From sequence record PQ471516.1: a stretch of 64,000 nucleotides of DNA. The stretch is one strand, 5' to 3'. A model generated the notes under the pieces. That model made no database searches. It had not been told where the DNA came from and saw only the letters and a program-made list of their open reading frames with translations. Positions within the stretch are counted from its first letter, which is position 1; the number at the start of each line of letters is the position of its first letter. The position numbers and the translations under genes are program-made. Shown piece after piece: positions 28,194-37,849 of this stretch.

Positions 28194-29714
28194 ATGCCAG
28201 GTCAATTTACTGATAAAAATGGTGGTAATATGGCTGGTCACTCTGATAAATGGAGTGATGCTAACCGCCGTAAGAATAGTTACCAAGCAGGTCAAGGTTC
28301 ACGTGGTTCACGTAACCAAGGAACAGGTCTAGCTGGTAAAGCAAACACTGAAGCAGGTGAAGTTAAGAGTACTGAGAACATGACTGAGCTAGAGAAGCTA
28401 CGCTATGTTAACTCTTTGGGTCTTCTAAACCCAACACAAAAGCAACGCCTTGCTGATATGGAACGTGCTGAGAAAGAACAAGAAGCACCACAACCAGAAC
28501 AACCTAAACCAGAAGCACCTAAAGCTGCTAACCCAGTTAAAGAGTTGTCTGACAATTTAGGTAAGATCTTTGCTAACAAACCTCAATTGATCCAAGGTAT
28601 TGTTAAAGCACTACAAGCTGTACCTAAAGAAGAACTCAAAGGTAAAGCACAAGCTGTACTGGATGCAATGAAAGGTAATAAGAGTACTGAACCAACTGAA
28701 GTATTCAGTACTATCATGCGTGCACTTGAAGGTCAAGAAGAAGCAACTGCTGAAGAAGCAAGTCTTGAAAGCATCCTCCATACTGTTGACAGTATAGGGA
28801 AAGAAGACCGTGCTAACGCCCAGCAAGTTAAGAATGTTCTTGCTAAGTTAGAAAACCGTCTTGAAGGTAAAGATGATAAGATTCAATTAGTATATGATGC
28901 TATTAAAGCAGCATTAGATTCTTATGCACCTGGTGAGAAGTCTCGATTCATTACTGCTATGAATGCTGCATTCAATACTATGAAAAAGTATGAAGATGAA
29001 CATGGCGAGAAAGTATCAAAAGATGGTTACTTAGTTCGTGATGATGAAGAAGGGGCAGTTGACCAGAAAGATGCTGAAACATCTCATGATGATTTACCTG
29101 ATACTGTTGATATGGATGGTTACATTCATCGTCCTGAAATGGGAGAGTTTGGTTCTGACAAAGAAGGATTTGAACATGCAATGGCAGTGTACAAAGCTCT
29201 CGTGAACAATCCAGATTATGCCAACCGATTTGTAGATGAGTTTGATAGTGCATGGAACAACTACAAAGACAAAGGTTATGACTTCCCTGCTGAGGCAGCA
29301 TTCTTTGAACTTGGTAAACTTTTAGCTAAACATGGAATTGATGTAGGTTCTAAAGATGGTACTGATACTGATGGCATGGAAGCAGAATTGGCTAAAGATC
29401 GTGAAATGAACGACAACTCCATTCATGAACTCCAAAAGCTAATGATGTGGATATCCGATATTGGTAAAAAAGCTGGTGCTGATAATAAGAGTATCAACAA
29501 AAACATTAGTTGGATTAAAAGTAATGTTGGTAAAAATGCTCGTAAACTACAAAAAGCATGGACTGATTTAGTAAATGGTGCTGATGATGTTGACATTGAA
29601 TCACCAGAAGCATACGAATATGCATTAACTACTCTTGATAATTCCTTTAAAGATTACGATAACGGTAACGTAACTCATTGGGAAAAGGATATCATGAACA
29701 AATACGGTAAATGA
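28194..29714 (+). CDS. large acidic late protein, candidate internal head/ejection protein
   Basis: Late promoter, GGAG SD before MPGQF; helical, Glu/Asp/Lys/Ala-rich, no Cys. Confidence 0.7.
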   Translation: MPGQFTDKNGGNMAGHSDKWSDANRRKNSYQAGQGSRGSRNQGTGLAGKANTEAGEVKSTENMTELEKLRYVNSLGLLNPTQKQRLADMERAEKEQEAPQPEQPKPEAPKAANPVKELSDNLGKIFANKPQLIQGIVKALQAVPKEELKGKAQAVLDAMKGNKSTEPTEVFSTIMRALEGQEEATAEEASLESILHTVDSIGKEDRANAQQVKNVLAKLENRLEGKDDKIQLVYDAIKAALDSYAPGEKSRFITAMNAAFNTMKKYEDEHGEKVSKDGYLVRDDEEGAVDQKDAETSHDDLPDTVDMDGYIHRPEMGEFGSDKEGFEHAMAVYKALVNNPDYANRFVDEFDSAWNNYKDKGYDFPAEAAFFELGKLLAKHGIDVGSKDGTDTDGMEAELAKDREMNDNSIHELQKLMMWISDIGKKAGADNKSINKNISWIKSNVGKNARKLQKAWTDLVNGADDVDIESPEAYEYALTTLDNSFKDYDNGNVTHWEKDIMNKYGK

Positions 29715-29720
29715 TAAAGA

Positions 29721-29756
29721 AAAGGGTTGACTTCGGTCAGCCCTTTTTGCTATAAT
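29721..29756 (+). promoter_or_regulatory. terminator-promoter cassette copy 6
   Basis: GGGTTGAC-TTCG-GTCAGCCC-T5; TTGACT-18-TATAAT. Confidence 0.85.
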
Positions 29757-29784
29757 CATTTCATCAACTCAAGAGGAAACAAAA

Positions 29785-30192
29785 ATGAAAAAGACTATTT
29801 TAAGCGTAATCGGTACAGTACTGTTCATGGTAACTTCAGTTGCTTCTGCTGCAACAGTAGAAGAGATCTTTAATAACAACCTACCTACTCAAGAAGAGAT
29901 GGGTATTAAGAAGTGTGACCTTTCCCGTTACATCATTATGGGGTCACAACTGGTTCCTGATGGTAAGGTTAAAAATCGTGTTAATCTGGTTGAAGATGGT
30001 AACACCTTCAGTTTTGAATATGGCGTAGCACCCACATCCGGTACTATGGATAACGTTGATGAAAACACTGGTTCCACCTGGAGTACTAACAAAGGTGATG
30101 TGTTCCATCGTATGCGTGAAGGTGGTAAACTGAAATATGTTTACGAAAGTGAATTCATCAAACGCGTTTATATTATGACCAACTGCCATTGA
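29785..30192 (+). CDS. exported protein
   Basis: Signal peptide ending ASA. Confidence 0.85.
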   Translation: MKKTILSVIGTVLFMVTSVASAATVEEIFNNNLPTQEEMGIKKCDLSRYIIMGSQLVPDGKVKNRVNLVEDGNTFSFEYGVAPTSGTMDNVDENTGSTWSTNKGDVFHRMREGGKLKYVYESEFIKRVYIMTNCH

Positions 30193-30237
30193 CAGATACT
30201 TTTCAGTACTGTATAATACCTACATCAACCAGAGGAT

Positions 30238-30528
30238 ATGACAATGAATGTATTAGCCAATCTTGTAGGACAGATGCGTTATAATGAAATCATCACTGAT
30301 GTTTCTGAACTCACTGAATCAAAAAGCTACATCCACTTGGATGAACTAATCATCAAGTACGGCGAGATTGGTGTCAATGAGCTTATTGTTTTTATGATTG
30401 AAACTCACAAGTTGAAGTACTTTAAGCTGAACTCTGAACCGTATGCAGAACCTAATCTTTATTACAGTTATTACTTGAAGTACAAAGATGAATTCAATAG
30501 TACTTTTAGTAAACTACTAATTGCATAG
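30238..30528 (+). CDS. hypothetical protein
   Basis: Upstream TTGACA...TATAAT promoter with AGTACT in the spacer. Confidence 0.8.
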   Translation: MTMNVLANLVGQMRYNEIITDVSELTESKSYIHLDELIIKYGEIGVNELIVFMIETHKLKYFKLNSEPYAEPNLYYSYYLKYKDEFNSTFSKLLIA

Positions 30529-30537
30529 GATAACAAT

Positions 30538-30870
30538 ATGAATTTTGAACTGATTAATAAAATATCATTCTGTTTCATGTGTTTAATACAATTGTATTTT
30601 ACACTTGGATACATACTTAGATTTTTTAAGTACAAAAGTATATATAAACGCTTTTATGATGATGCACCTATCTTCGATTTACTGTTTATCGGTAATGCGT
30701 TTTCTATAGGAGAAATTCTGGTTGATGGCATTGACCCTGCACAACCACAGTTAGTTAGTATCTTGCTTGGACTAATTGTATCATGTGTTGGTATATTCCC
30801 AGTGGTGTGGTCATTCTTTCACTTCGTAGGGTGGCTTGATAAAATACGTAATAATTTACCGGAGCGATAA
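30538..30870 (+). CDS. membrane paralog family M
   Basis: ILRFFKY...LDKIRNNLPER. Confidence 0.8.
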   Translation: MNFELINKISFCFMCLIQLYFTLGYILRFFKYKSIYKRFYDDAPIFDLLFIGNAFSIGEILVDGIDPAQPQLVSILLGLIVSCVGIFPVVWSFFHFVGWLDKIRNNLPER

Positions 30871-31205
30871 TGCAAACAGTAAACTCATTAAGTTTTATCA
30901 TTTGTACATTGGCTGTATTTTATATGGTACTGTGCTATGTATTGTGGTTTTTCAAATTTGAAAGCATTTTAGAACGTGTTTATAGGTTGGACTTAGAAGA
31001 TGAGATTGGTATAACAGTACTCACTGTTCTAGGTTTTGTCTGTGGTGCGTCTATCCTGTTGGATATGTACATGAAACTACCCATTGATGCCCCACATCCT
31101 CCAGTAATCACCAGTTCAATTGTAATTGGTATTGTAGGTTTCCAGGGATTGATTAGTCTATTTTCCTCAATAGCTACATATAGAGATAAGCTACCAAAGA
31201 GGTAA
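30870..31205 (+). CDS. membrane paralog family M
   Basis: VLWFFKF...YRDKLPKR. Confidence 0.8.
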   Translation: MQTVNSLSFIICTLAVFYMVLCYVLWFFKFESILERVYRLDLEDEIGITVLTVLGFVCGASILLDMYMKLPIDAPHPPVITSSIVIGIVGFQGLISLFSSIATYRDKLPKR

Positions 31206-31208
31206 AAA

Positions 31209-31562
31209 ATGTCGGATAAGTACTACTTTACGGGTAAGAAATGTGAACCATACGTTTTGGACTACAAGGAACAGGAACAACCTAAACCGAAAAAGAAAGC
31301 GAAGAAGGAAGTAGTGAAGAAGCAAAAGCCACTGGTTAAAGGATTGAAACTTAAACCTTTTCAGAAACTGGACTTTGACACTTACAGAAAGATTTATTTG
31401 GATTTGACGTGTAACATTAGCTTTGATGTTAATGCGATGAACAGGAAGTATAACCTGAAGGGTAGTTTCAATTTTTATTATGACTTAAAGAATGATGATC
31501 TTGAAGCTTACCATGAGTGGTATAACGTTATGAATAACCACGTCGATGACAATAACCCATAG
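31209..31562 (+). CDS. basic hypothetical protein
   Basis: GAGG SD. Confidence 0.8.
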   Translation: MSDKYYFTGKKCEPYVLDYKEQEQPKPKKKAKKEVVKKQKPLVKGLKLKPFQKLDFDTYRKIYLDLTCNISFDVNAMNRKYNLKGSFNFYYDLKNDDLEAYHEWYNVMNNHVDDNNP

Positions 31563-31570
31563 GTGAATAT

Positions 31571-31921
31571 ATGATTGAAATTATCGGAACGATCAGTTTT
31601 GTGTCATGTGTATTGTTCTGCACTTACATGATAATTGGACACATTTTGTATTTCTTCAATTACATTACTGTGTTTAAAAAATTCTACTTCGAAAAGAGTG
31701 GATTTTTGTTTTACATTTGTGATTTTTTCACGTGGGTGTCAATGGGTGCAGTTATAATGGATATTATGTTTAGTGAAGATGTTTCTAAGGTAGGGTTCGG
31801 AATGACGCTTCTACCATTTGCACTATTCGTTACCCTTGTAGCTTTGTTCTTGATAGTGTTATCAAGTAATTTTATATCAGAGAAATTAAACAAGGCTAGA
31901 GAAAACTTCCCAATGCGATAA
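31571..31921 (+). CDS. membrane paralog family M
   Basis: ILYFFNY...LNKARENFPMR. Confidence 0.8.
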   Translation: MIEIIGTISFVSCVLFCTYMIIGHILYFFNYITVFKKFYFEKSGFLFYICDFFTWVSMGAVIMDIMFSEDVSKVGFGMTLLPFALFVTLVALFLIVLSSNFISEKLNKARENFPMR

Positions 31922-31932
31922 AGGAGCATACT

Positions 31933-32259
31933 ATGTTCGCACTACGTAATAAAAAGACTCACCAAATCGTTGATTATGAATGGGTTTACTATTCCAATAC
32001 TGGCGGCCCTGAGATGATTCTGTGCCATGACGGTGAAGAACCATTTGTAACAAAACGCCGTGAAGCACTAGAAGAGATCATCGAAGAATACAATACCAAT
32101 GTAAATGCTGAAAATGGTCCTTATGACGATGGCCTACGTGTAGAGTTACCTGATGCTTATGAACATGGTAACACGGATTCTTTACGTATAGAGTTGCCAG
32201 ATGCTTATGAATCTGGTAACATGGATTCTTATGAGATTGTAGAACTGGTGGTTAAGTAA
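31933..32259 (+). CDS. MFALR...YEIVEL family protein with a 16-aa internal duplication
   Basis: 48-nt tandem repeat 32134-32229. Confidence 0.8.
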   Translation: MFALRNKKTHQIVDYEWVYYSNTGGPEMILCHDGEEPFVTKRREALEEIIEEYNTNVNAENGPYDDGLRVELPDAYEHGNTDSLRIELPDAYESGNMDSYEIVELVVK

Positions 32260-32636
32260 TGCGTGTAATGTATAAAGTAACTGAGCTAAACAAGCGTCTG
32301 CTTAAGATTTCTATGTTCGAGGATAAAGAGTCTCTCTATAACTTTAAACGTGCTGTAGAGGCTGCTATGCATCTACAGAAGCTTAAGGATAAAGGGTGTA
32401 TTATTCTAGAGAATAATTCAGTACTGGATGGTGACTTCAAAGTAGCCTTTGATGAAGCAGAAGATGGAACACTTTCTATGCCACGATTGGGTACGGGTGA
32501 CATGACAGTGTGGATTGGCTTTACTATGGGAAACAAGAAAGGAACTGTATACGTTGATGAAGACGAGTTGAAAGACAGCTTCAAAAACTTATCGTACCTC
32601 GAACCACAATATTCTCATAAATTAAGTTTATTTTGA
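32259..32636 (+). CDS. hypothetical protein
   Basis: TAATG coupling. Confidence 0.8.
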   Translation: MRVMYKVTELNKRLLKISMFEDKESLYNFKRAVEAAMHLQKLKDKGCIILENNSVLDGDFKVAFDEAEDGTLSMPRLGTGDMTVWIGFTMGNKKGTVYVDEDELKDSFKNLSYLEPQYSHKLSLF

Positions 32637-32712
32637 GTTGACAATATAGTTCAGTACTGTATAATGTTTACCAAGGGGATGAGTTGTTCGTCCCTACAAT
32701 CGAGGAACTACT

Positions 32713-33270
32713 ATGATTACTTTTAATAAAACTGCGAACCACATCCATGAAATCTTTATCAACGGTCACAAAGCTGGCCTTATCCGTTTACTGGCACATC
32801 ATCCTGATGTCGTAGTAAGTGATAACGAACCAAAAGATTGGCGTGTATTTTTCTTTGGAAAGTACAGTGATTTTCAAGTTTCTTCTTTAAAGGGCATTCG
32901 TTCTGTTTGTTCCTTAAATGAAATTAAAGAAAAACTGGAAGGAGCATTGAAAACAAATGTCAATGACATTCTCCCAGCAGAAAACTTTGATGTAAAAGGT
33001 TATGCATTGGCTTATATGAAAGATGGTACTGTTCAGTCTATCAGTACTGAATATGGATGGCACTGGACTGAGTATTTTACTTACGGTTCTAGTAATGTTT
33101 TGATGGCCTCGCGTAGTAAATTAGAAGAAGTAATGTCCATTATTATTGCTCAGGAACGTGAATCTTCTGACAAACCAGAAATGTGGAGTTCAACTTACAT
33201 GGATCGCATTGACTATGTTATGATGACTCCAATCTTTAATACTGAATACTACAATACATTAACTAAGTGA
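32713..33270 (+). CDS. hypothetical protein
   Basis: GAGGA SD; upstream promoter. Confidence 0.85.
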   Translation: MITFNKTANHIHEIFINGHKAGLIRLLAHHPDVVVSDNEPKDWRVFFFGKYSDFQVSSLKGIRSVCSLNEIKEKLEGALKTNVNDILPAENFDVKGYALAYMKDGTVQSISTEYGWHWTEYFTYGSSNVLMASRSKLEEVMSIIIAQERESSDKPEMWSSTYMDRIDYVMMTPIFNTEYYNTLTK

Positions 33271-33277
33271 GACTCTA

Positions 33278-33454
33278 ATGAAACTACGTACACGCAATCG
33301 TCTGATGGATGCACTGTATCACGAACAGCTTTCACTGAATGAAGTAAAACGTCAGCTAATGGCTGCCTATCATTTACCTGCTCGTACTGCTAAACAGCGT
33401 TCTAAAGAACTCCTAGAAGAAGCTATTGAGTACTGGGAATCTGATTCGTACTAA
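33278..33454 (+). CDS. 58-aa protein, paralog of 35476
   Basis: Hand translation MKLRTRNRLMDALY...AIEYW. Confidence 0.75.
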   Translation: MKLRTRNRLMDALYHEQLSLNEVKRQLMAAYHLPARTAKQRSKELLEEAIEYWESDSY

Positions 33455-33482
33455 TTGTCACGTTAATTAAGTGAGGCGATAA

Positions 33483-33734
33483 ATGAAAATTTTATTAGTT
33501 CTAATACTACTAATTGTTTTACCATTTACGTTAGTATCTCCTGAACTTGCATGGAATGTGTTTGTGTACTTACTATGTACTATGGTGGTAAATGGTATCT
33601 TGTTCTTAGTTCTATTCATAAATGGAATAGGACACGGTGGAGGATGGACCAGTACTGCTGATATTGTACATAAAACCACTATGTCTTTATTTGTAGTGTG
33701 GAATTTATTCTGGACTTGGTTTGTGTTCTTCTAA
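33483..33734 (+). CDS. membrane protein
   Basis: 3 TM segments. Confidence 0.75.
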   Translation: MKILLVLILLIVLPFTLVSPELAWNVFVYLLCTMVVNGILFLVLFINGIGHGGGWTSTADIVHKTTMSLFVVWNLFWTWFVFF

Positions 33735-33742
33735 TTAAAAAT

Positions 33743-34114
33743 ATGAATATAGATTTGAAAGGTGCAACCCGAACTGTCATACTCATTGGGGAATATGCTA
33801 TCAAGATTCCAACCTTTAAAAGTTGGAAGCTATTCTTAACAGGGATGATAGCTAACCTCAATGAACGTTCGTGGATGCAGTACTCCAAGCGTAGTGATAC
33901 TGGTATCTGTCCTACGTTGTGGTCATCATGTACTGGACTAGTAACTGTACAGAAACGTTGTAAGCCAGTACAACATAGGGGTTTATTTTGGGTGGAGTTG
34001 TGTGCTTTAGCATTGAATTCAGAGTTAAGTACTGACTTCTTTTATTCAGATGCGAAGCCAGAAAACTTTGGTTATCTGAATGGTAAGTTAGTTAAACTTG
34101 ATTATGGAGATTAA
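33743..34114 (+). CDS. minimal protein-kinase-like fold protein
   Basis: GATR..AIKIP...DAKPENFG..NGKLVKLDYG. Confidence 0.7.
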   Translation: MNIDLKGATRTVILIGEYAIKIPTFKSWKLFLTGMIANLNERSWMQYSKRSDTGICPTLWSSCTGLVTVQKRCKPVQHRGLFWVELCALALNSELSTDFFYSDAKPENFGYLNGKLVKLDYGD

Positions 34115-34115
34115 T

Positions 34116-34385
34116 ATGTACGCACTGTATAATAAAGAAAAGAAACGATTTGCTAAGGTTGAAATTTCGATTGATACCTTTGATATGTTGGAGTACTGTA
34201 TTGTGACGGACCTATATGCTAACTTGTATTACGTTCTTGATGACGTATCAGTACTGCAACGATTGCTTGAGAATTCCAAAAGTCAATGCCAGGGCATCCA
34301 TGATGGTTCATCTTATGAAACACCTGAGTGTTCCTACGGCTATCTGGACGGGTATGAGATTGTGAAGTTGGGGATTGTTGAATAA
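34116..34385 (+). CDS. MYALY...YEIVKL family protein
   Basis: GGAG SD; paralog of 31933. Confidence 0.8.
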   Translation: MYALYNKEKKRFAKVEISIDTFDMLEYCIVTDLYANLYYVLDDVSVLQRLLENSKSQCQGIHDGSSYETPECSYGYLDGYEIVKLGIVE

Positions 34386-34390
34386 AGAAA

Positions 34391-34424
34391 AGGGTTGACT
34401 ACGGTCAGCCCTTTTTGCTATAAT
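34391..34424 (+). promoter_or_regulatory. terminator-promoter cassette copy 7
   Basis: About 51 nt identical to copy 6 except one base. Confidence 0.85.
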
Positions 34425-34452
34425 CATTTCATCGAAACGAGAGGATGAATAC

Positions 34453-34887
34453 ATGACACGCATTAACTTAGTACACGTTAAAGAACTTGCTGACCAACAT
34501 CTGATGGCTGAATATCGTGAACTCCCACGTGTATTTGGTGCTGTACAAAAACACGTTCAAGCACGTAAGCGTGTACGTGATTTCAAAATTAACAGTACTT
34601 ATCTGTTAGGAACAGGTCACGTCACATTTTTCTACGACAAACTACTGTACTTACAGAAGCGACATGTAGATATCGTGAATGAATGTCTCCGTCGTGGTAT
34701 GAAGATTCAAAATACTGACGTAAACGACATTAGCGACTTCCCTGCTGAGTTTTGTAATGACTATGTACCAACGCAGTCCGAGATTAAAACATCGCGTGAG
34801 CGTTTGATTGAGAAGCTCCAGATGAAGCCAATGTGGTACAAATTCACTGATGTTGAATTGCCAGTTTATTATGTTGAGATGATTTGA
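34453..34887 (+). CDS. denV: pyrimidine-dimer DNA glycosylase / endonuclease V
   Basis: MTRINL...[17 protein letters not shown]...[13 protein letters not shown]4 DenV signature. Confidence 0.95.
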   Translation: MTRINLVHVKELADQHLMAEYRELPRVFGAVQKHVQARKRVRDFKINSTYLLGTGHVTFFYDKLLYLQKRHVDIVNECLRRGMKIQNTDVNDISDFPAEFCNDYVPTQSEIKTSRERLIEKLQMKPMWYKFTDVELPVYYVEMI

Positions 34888-34911
34888 TAATTCATTCTAG
34901 AAGGAAATTAT

Positions 34912-35152
34912 ATGTTCGCACTACGCCACAAAGAACTTCATGTGTATTGATACACAATGGGATTGCTTTGGTAGTACTGAAGTATTGGAAGAACACGCTG
35001 AGAACGTCTTTGTTGTTAGTGAACGTTCATTGTTGGAAGCACTAATTGAGGACTTCAATGCTGGTACTAATGCATTCTCTCTGAACTTTCCGATTGTTGC
35101 AGATCCAGAAGCATTTGTTATGTACGAAATTGTAGAACTTACTGTGAAATAG
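34912..35152 (+). pseudogene. MFALR...YEIVEL family gene with a frameshift near 34933-34940
   Basis: SD-led MFALRHKEL frame stops at 34950; the rest (MCIDTQW...YEIVELTVK) is in another frame. Confidence 0.6.
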
Positions 35153-35169
35153 TATCATTGGAGATAACC

Positions 35170-35466
35170 ATGAAAGCACTGACCGCCGTAGAAATCAAAG
35201 AGCAATACAAAGATTTATTCGAGTTTAAACACAACGGTGAAGAATTCAAACGTAGTAGTACTGTACGTGACTTCTTGAACAAACTCTTCTGTACTAAGTT
35301 CAAAGCTGCGTACATTACTATGCCTGAGCGTACTTCAAGTGCAGAAGATATCAAGAAGTTCGGTTTAGGTTGGGATGCACAATCAATCATCCTGGTGAAT
35401 GCAGATGAAGAGCTAGTGTACTTGACTAACTCCGAGTGGGCTTCTTTCATGTATCTTCGTAAATAA
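35170..35466 (+). CDS. hypothetical protein
   Basis: GGAG SD; start moved. Confidence 0.8.
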   Translation: MKALTAVEIKEQYKDLFEFKHNGEEFKRSSTVRDFLNKLFCTKFKAAYITMPERTSSAEDIKKFGLGWDAQSIILVNADEELVYLTNSEWASFMYLRK

Positions 35467-35475
35467 GGAACTATA

Positions 35476-35658
35476 ATGAAACTGAAACGTTATGATCGCA
35501 ATCGTATTATGGATGCTTTGTATCGTGAGGAAATTTCACTCAATAAGGTGAAAGTGTACTTTATGTTAGAAGGTCGTATTCCAGTACGTAAAGCTAAACA
35601 GTTAGCTATTGAACTGCTGAATGAAGGTATTGAGTACTGGCATTATGACGGATATTGA
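35476..35658 (+). CDS. 60-aa protein, paralog of 33278
   Basis: RNRIMDALY...GIEYW. Confidence 0.8.
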   Translation: MKLKRYDRNRIMDALYREEISLNKVKVYFMLEGRIPVRKAKQLAIELLNEGIEYWHYDGY

Positions 35659-35668
35659 TTTGTAAAAT

Positions 35669-35743
35669 AAAAGGTTGACTTCGGGCAACCTTTTTCGTAT
35701 TATGTACTCATCGAAACGAAACATACTAAGGATTAAGAAAATG
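35669..35743 (+). repeat. cassette copy 8 with leader, direct repeat of 37775-37849
   Basis: About 75 nt with 3 mismatches, running to the start ATG. Confidence 0.9.
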
Positions 35744-37324
35744 CGTAAACAGACAAAATCAGACATAGAACAATTTTCTCGTAATTATTTAAAAAAACGC
35801 TTTGGTGTTGATTGTTTAATTGAAGTACTTATGAATGAACAAACCCCAAGTAAAAGTAAAATAGTATACCAACATCCCGAACGTTTCCTACCAGTGACAT
35901 GTTGGTATGTTCAAATAAAGCAACACTCAAAATTGAGTGCACCGCAATTAACACGCGAAGAAGTTATCGCCCAAACCGAATCATTATTTGACGATAGTGA
36001 AGGATTTAATATAATTTCGTATGATTTTACTGAGGAGTTGAGTCATACAATAATTACATACTCCCACCCAGAACGAATTAATCCACAGCATGTTGAATAT
36101 TACGTTCTGAAGCGTTTGGAAAGTGCGTCTTCACTCAATCCAAAATACAAGGATGGTGAAATTGAAGAGTTGAGTAAGCAGTATCTTTCCAATTTGGGAC
36201 ATGAATTTGTAAAAATTATAATTGATAATGGGACCGATTCTCTTATAGAATTTAAGGTTGAAAATCGCACACTCCCAGTAAGTATTATCTTTGGTGACCT
36301 TCGGCTACGTTCAAATGAAAGTCGTCCGGTACGCCAAGGATTTATAAGTGAAAATGAATGTGTACATAATGCAAAAAAAGTATTATCAGAACACAAAAAC
36401 ACTTTCATTAAGATTGATTATAATAAATCTGAAGTTAACCGTAGTATGATTCATTATAAATCTTCTAACAATATAATAAATGAAATAAGTTATCACACAT
36501 TAATGAATGAACCGTCATTTATTGAAAAAATAACTCTTGTTTCAATTAAAGAAACACTTGATGATGTATTCCATAATCTAGGAAACGGTTTCAAACTTGT
36601 ATCAGTAGGAGATTTACAGGGCGGCCAAACTGAAATTACATTCAGACACCCACAGCGTATATTACCATGCACTACAACTTTTTATAATTTGAAACATACA
36701 AATCCAAAAACTGGATTTAATCCAAAATTGACATTTGATGAAGTTACTGCAATGGGGGAAGACCACGCTCGTAAACACGGAACTAAGTTTTTGGGGATTG
36801 TTGGGAAGTTTAATGGTTATTCAACACGGCTTTCCTTCAAGTACCATGATAAAATAATTGAACAAACCTACCCAGCTATTTTAGCGGGCTACACTGGGTT
36901 TGGTGGTAGTGGTTATAAGCAACATGCTGATATTGCTCGTGTGTATGTGAATATGAATCATACCAAAGATGGTCTGAATGCCGGAAAAACGACACAAGAG
37001 TTCCATAAACGTTTATCCAAACGTAATAGTTCTTTCAAAAAAATATACAAAATTGAAAAATTCTGGGAAAATATTATGTTGATTGAATTCAAAACAACAG
37101 GTGGTGTGTATGGGGGTGAAATCGCCAGCGTATTGGAAACGTTAATCCATACCGAAGCAAAATGTGGCAACCGTAAAGATAGTGTGTATATGTATGATAA
37201 TGGAGATGGATATCGTGAAACATTCGAGGTCAACTATCTAGACCGTGTAGTTGATGTGATCAACGAATATAAAAAATCATATACACATAGCGTTAAAACC
37301 GACATTCTCGGTCTTCTTGAGTAA
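35741..37324 (+). CDS. putative homing endonuclease: N-terminal repeats + C-terminal GIY-YIG-like domain
   Basis: HPER/HPQR..P repeats; RVYV...LNAGKTT...KRLS...LETLIH. Confidence 0.6.
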   Translation: MRKQTKSDIEQFSRNYLKKRFGVDCLIEVLMNEQTPSKSKIVYQHPERFLPVTCWYVQIKQHSKLSAPQLTREEVIAQTESLFDDSEGFNIISYDFTEELSHTIITYSHPERINPQHVEYYVLKRLESASSLNPKYKDGEIEELSKQYLSNLGHEFVKIIIDNGTDSLIEFKVENRTLPVSIIFGDLRLRSNESRPVRQGFISENECVHNAKKVLSEHKNTFIKIDYNKSEVNRSMIHYKSSNNIINEISYHTLMNEPSFIEKITLVSIKETLDDVFHNLGNGFKLVSVGDLQGGQTEITFRHPQRILPCTTTFYNLKHTNPKTGFNPKLTFDEVTAMGEDHARKHGTKFLGIVGKFNGYSTRLSFKYHDKIIEQTYPAILAGYTGFGGSGYKQHADIARVYVNMNHTKDGLNAGKTTQEFHKRLSKRNSSFKKIYKIEKFWENIMLIEFKTTGGVYGGEIASVLETLIHTEAKCGNRKDSVYMYDNGDGYRETFEVNYLDRVVDVINEYKKSYTHSVKTDILGLLE

Positions 37325-37331
37325 AAAAAAT

Positions 37332-37366
37332 AAAAGGTTGACTTCGGTCAGCCTTTTTGCTATTAT
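37332..37366 (+). promoter_or_regulatory. terminator-promoter cassette copy 9
   Basis: TTGACT-17-TATTAT within the hairpin. Confidence 0.8.
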
Positions 37367-37502
37367 ATTAGTACTACCAACGTGAAAGAGTTCGATAAAC
37401 ATCTGAAGAAGAATGGCTTCGATACGAACAACTTTGCTATCAGTAGTATTACTGAAATCATGATTCAATACAACATTATTGTATATACATTACGAGGGTA
37501 AA

Positions 37503-37769
37503 ATGAAACCAATCACAACAACACAGAGTACTAACCTAACGGTTTTACATGATGGTTTAAAAGGTACAGTACGTGATCTTCTGAACTTCATTGATGGTAT
37601 TCAAGGTGATACCGGATACTGCATTTATACTACTATCATTCCTGGTGGTACGGAACTGTACTTCACCAATATGGAAGTATCGGAATCGGGTGAAACTGAT
37701 GATTCATTCCAAGAAGCCATCCAACAATTTCAGGAATCCTTAGAGGATTTAGGTTTTACGGTACAATGA
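37503..37769 (+). CDS. hypothetical protein
   Basis: GAGGG SD; start moved. Confidence 0.75.
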   Translation: MKPITTTQSTNLTVLHDGLKGTVRDLLNFIDGIQGDTGYCIYTTIIPGGTELYFTNMEVSESGETDDSFQEAIQQFQESLEDLGFTVQ

Positions 37770-37774
37770 CGAAA

Positions 37775-37849
37775 AAAAGGTTGACTTCGGTCAGCCTTTT
37801 TCGTATTATGTACTCATCGAAACGAAACACACTAAGGATTAAGAAAATG
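37775..37849 (+). repeat. cassette copy 10 with leader
   Basis: Direct repeat of 35669-35743. Confidence 0.9.

Noticed and set aside
35675-37846. Shared N-terminal domain FRIMYSSKRN.LRIKKM in the 549-aa and 284-aa track ORFs
   Set aside because: Artefact of translating the duplicated promoter/leader; real starts are 35741 and 37847.
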